Shown piece after piece: positions 61,343 to 64,000 of a stretch of DNA of 64,000 nt; within the stretch, counting starts at the first letter, position 1, and each line of letters opens with the position of its first letter. Position numbers and translations under genes: made by a program. Source of the DNA: Rubrivivax sp. (GTDB lineage Bacteria; Pseudomonadota; Gammaproteobacteria; Burkholderiales; Burkholderiaceae_C). Location: positions 697 through 64,696 of the forward strand of contig JANMVM010000106.1 of the NCBI GenBank assembly GCA_031392695.1, read 5' to 3'. The notes beneath the pieces were generated by a model, which saw only the letters and a list, made by a program, of their open reading frames with translations, was not told the DNA's origin and did not search any database.

Positions 61343-62067
61343 TTGACGCCCACGTGCAGCGCCACAATGCCGGCGGCCAGGTTGTGGATGTCGACGTGGG
61401 CAAAGCCGCTGCCTTGCATGAGGGCCTTGAGCGCGGCCTGGTCGGGGTGCATGCGGATGCTCTCGGCCAGGTAGCGGTAGCTGTCGGCGTCGCCCGCAAT
61501 GAGCTTGCCCATCGCCGGCATGAAGCTGAAGGAGTACCACTCGTAGGGCTTGCGCAGCGCTTCGGCGGGCCGGGAAAATTCCAGTACCAGCAGGCGACCG
61601 CCCGGGCGCAGCACGCGCGCCATCTCGGCCAGCGCGGCTTCTTTGTGGGTCATGTTGCGCAGCCCGAAGGCGACGCTGACGAGGTCGAAGCTGGCGTCGG
61701 CAAAGGGCAGGTGCTCGGCATCGCAGGCCGCGGTGGGCAGTACCAGGCCCTCGTCGAGCAGGCGGTCACGCCCGGTGCGCAGCATGGCTTCGTTGATGTC
61801 GGTGAGCACGACCCGGCCCTGCGCGCCGACGCGCCGCGCAAAGGCGCGCGCCAGGTCACCGGTGCCGCCGGCGATGTCCAGCACCTGCATGCCCGGCTGC
61901 ACCGCGGCCACGGCCACCGTGTAGGCCTTCCAGGCGCGGTGCAGGCCCATCGACAGCACGTCGTTCATGATGTCGTAGCGCGAGGCCACGGAGTCGAACA
62001 CCCCGCGCACGCGGCTGGCTTTCTCGCTGTCGTCGACGGTCTGGTAGCCGAAGTGGGTCTGCGCCAT
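61336..62067 (-). CDS. ubiE: Ubiquinone/menaquinone C-methyltransferase
   Basis: [35 protein letters not shown]. Confidence 0.96.
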   Translation of the reverse strand: MAQTHFGYQTVDDSEKASRVRGVFDSVASRYDIMNDVLSMGLHRAWKAYTVAVAAVQPGMQVLDIAGGTGDLARAFARRVGAQGRVVLTDINEAMLRTGRDRLLDEGLVLPTAACDAEHLPFADASFDLVSVAFGLRNMTHKEAALAEMARVLRPGGRLLVLEFSRPAEALRKPYEWYSFSFMPAMGKLIAGDADSYRYLAESIRMHPDQAALKALMQGSGFAHVDIHNLAAGIVALHVGVKC

Positions 62068-62096
62068 CGGGGGGTCGGGGATCGGGGCTCGGTGGA

Positions 62097-62510
62097 TCAG
62101 TGGCTGCTGCAGGCGCTGGCGGCGGCGGCCACCATCGGTGCATCGCGGCTCATGCCGGCAGCGGCCAGGCGCTGCTCGTAGCGCTGCCACAGCTCGGCCT
62201 CGTCGCGCCCGAGCTTGTAAAGGTAGTCCCACGAGAAGATGCCGGTCTCGTGGCCATCGCTGAAGCGCGGCTGCACCGCGTAGTGGCCCACCGCCGTGAT
62301 CTCGTCGACGCCCACCGCTCGCTTGCCGGTCTGCAGCACTTCCTGGCCCGGGCCGTGGCCCTGCACTTCGGCCGATGGCGAGTACACGCGCATGAGCTCG
62401 AAGGGGATGCGGAACTGCGCCCCGTCGTCGAAGGCCACTTCAAGCACGCGCGAGGCCTGGTGCACGGTCAGCGCGGTCGGCTGGGGGGTGTTGCGTTCGA
62501 GGCCGGCCAT
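62097..62510 (-). CDS. DUF971 / gamma-butyrobetaine hydroxylase N-terminal-like protein
   Basis: [34 protein letters not shown]. Confidence 0.88.
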   Translation of the reverse strand: MAGLERNTPQPTALTVHQASRVLEVAFDDGAQFRIPFELMRVYSPSAEVQGHGPGQEVLQTGKRAVGVDEITAVGHYAVQPRFSDGHETGIFSWDYLYKLGRDEAELWQRYEQRLAAAGMSRDAPMVAAAASACSSH

Positions 62511-62626
62511 GGGCTTGTGCTTCCTGATGCAGGGAAGCCTGGAGTTTATCCCCGCACCGCTGCGCCGCACCCGCCGCCCCCAGGGCCAGCGGGGACGAAA
62601 GACCCCGCGGGCGCCACGGCCGCCGG

Positions 62627-64000
62627 CTACACCAGCACGCGCTCGATGCCGCCGCGGTTGGCGCGCGCCACGTACTGCGGCAGCCAGTCCTCGCCCAGCA
62701 TCACGCGCGCCATCTCGACGACGATGTAGTCGGCCTCAAGCAGGCCGGTCTGCAGGTCGTCCTCGAAGCGCTTCAGGCCCTGAAGGCAGCTCGGGCAGCT
62801 GGTGAGGATCTTGACATTGCCCTGCGCCGCGGCGCTCAGACCGGGCGTGCCGGCCATCAGCGCGCGCAGCGCCGCCTCGCCCTGTTGCAGCTCTTCTTCC
62901 TTGCGAAAGCGCACCTGGGTGCTGATGTCGGGGCGCGTCACGCCCAGCGTGCCGCTTTCGCCGCAGCAGCGATCGTTCTTGATCACGTTGGGGCCGAGCA
63001 GCGCCTTGACCGTCTTCATCGGCTCCTGCAGCTTCATCGGGCTGTGGCAGGGGTCGTGGTAGAGGTAGCCCGCGCCATGCGCTTCTAGCTTGATGCCCTT
63101 TTCAAGCAGGAATTCGTGGATGTCGACGATGCGGCAGCCCGGGAAGATGTCCTCGAACTGGTAGCCCTGCAACTGGTCGTAGCAGGTGCCGCAGCTCACC
63201 ACGACGGTCTTGATGTCGAGGTAGTTCAGCGTGTTGGCCACGCGGTGGAAGAGCACGCGGTTGTCGGTGATGATCTTCTCGGCCTTGTCGGCCTGGCCGC
63301 TGCCGCGCTGCGGGTAGCCGCAGCACAGGTAGCCGGGCGGCAGCACGGTCTGCACGCCGGCGTGCCAGAGCATGGCCTGGGTGGCCAGGCCGACCTGGCT
63401 GAACAGGCGCTCGCTGCCGCAGCCCGGGAAGTAGAAGACGGCCTCGGTGTCGGCGGTGGTGGCCGCCGGGTCGCGGATGATGGGGACGTAGTCCTTGTCC
63501 TCGATGTCGAGCAGCGCGCGCGCCGTCTTCTTGGGCAGGCCGCCCGGCATCTTCTTGTTGATGAAGTGGATGACCTGCTCTTTCAGCGCTGCCGGGCCCA
63601 GCGTGGCCGGCGGGGCGCGGGTCTGCTTGCGCGCTGCCGGCTTGAGGAGGCCGTTGACGAAACGCTGCACCTTGAAGCCGACATCGACCATGCCCAGGCG
63701 CATGAGCTTGATCGCCTGCGGGCTGGTCGCGTTGAGGAACAGCATGGCCGCGGCATTGCCCGGGCGGAAGCTCTTCTTGCCCATCTTGCGCAGCAGGTTG
63801 CGCATCGCCATCGTGACGTCGCCGAAGTCGATGTTCACGGGGCACGGGCTCAGGCACTTGTGGCACACGGTGCAGTGGTCGGCGACGTCCTCGAAGTCCT
63901 CCCAGTGCTGCACGCTGATGCCGCGCCGCGTCTGCTCTTCGTACAGGAAGGCCTCGATCAGCAGCGAGGTGGCCAGGATCTTGTTGCGCGGGCTGTACAG
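62627..64000 (-). CDS. FAD-linked / Fe-S oxidoreductase, C-terminal part (5' end beyond window)
   Basis: Frame open to the window edge. CTVCHKCLSPCP 4Fe-4S motif and two cysteine-rich CCG domains (YLCCGYP, DRCCGESG). Confidence 0.85.
   Translation of the reverse strand: MYSPRNKILATSLLIEAFLYEEQTRRGISVQHWEDFEDVADHCTVCHKCLSPCPVNIDFGDVTMAMRNLLRKMGKKSFRPGNAAAMLFLNATSPQAIKLMRLGMVDVGFKVQRFVNGLLKPAARKQTRAPPATLGPAALKEQVIHFINKKMPGGLPKKTARALLDIEDKDYVPIIRDPAATTADTEAVFYFPGCGSERLFSQVGLATQAMLWHAGVQTVLPPGYLCCGYPQRGSGQADKAEKIITDNRVLFHRVANTLNYLDIKTVVVSCGTCYDQLQGYQFEDIFPGCRIVDIHEFLLEKGIKLEAHGAGYLYHDPCHSPMKLQEPMKTVKALLGPNVIKNDRCCGESGTLGVTRPDISTQVRFRKEEELQQGEAALRALMAGTPGLSAAAQGNVKILTSCPSCLQGLKRFEDDLQTGLLEADYIVVEMARVMLGEDWLPQYVARANRGGIERVLV

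Overview
High-GC betaproteobacterial chromosome segment. Gene content and order suggest Burkholderiales, perhaps a Rubrivivax/Methylibium-like lineage (inference). From left to right: (1) two tandem PEP-CTERM paralogues, the second preceded by a sigma54 promoter and a TGT-N11-ACA enhancer box; (2) lipB and a 186-bp MITE-like element; (3) a probable nucleoside/pyrimidine scavenging cluster (FAD oxidoreductase, orphan BMP-family binding protein, TonB-dependent receptor, PhyH-type dioxygenase, URC1-like cyclohydrolase, URC4-like protein, upp); (4) ybeY/phoH, a 7TM two-component system, a trypsin-like protease, cysK, a lectin-fold lipoprotein, and an EctD-like dioxygenase paired with a SAF-domain dehydrogenase; (5) a housekeeping run (ATP-dependent ligase, USP, ligase-associated exonuclease, patatin, clsB, EEP, nudB, aspS, DUF502, FmdB, ubiB, ubiJ); (6) a ~25.6-kb exopolysaccharide/exosortase B locus in two convergent arms that sits between ubiE-tim44 and ubiJ-ubiB. 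It encodes rhamnose and colitose (ColD/ColC-like) enzymes, but its gmd is reduced to a 42-codon stub; (7) ubiE, DUF971 and a partial FAD/Fe-S oxidoreductase. Several 'intergenic' stretches are gene remnants the ORF track misses (TRAP DctP stub, HlyD with internal deletion, gmd, possible ABC ATPase stub). No rRNA, tRNA, CRISPR array, integrase or transposase was seen. All assignments come from motif recognition by eye; no database searches were run.
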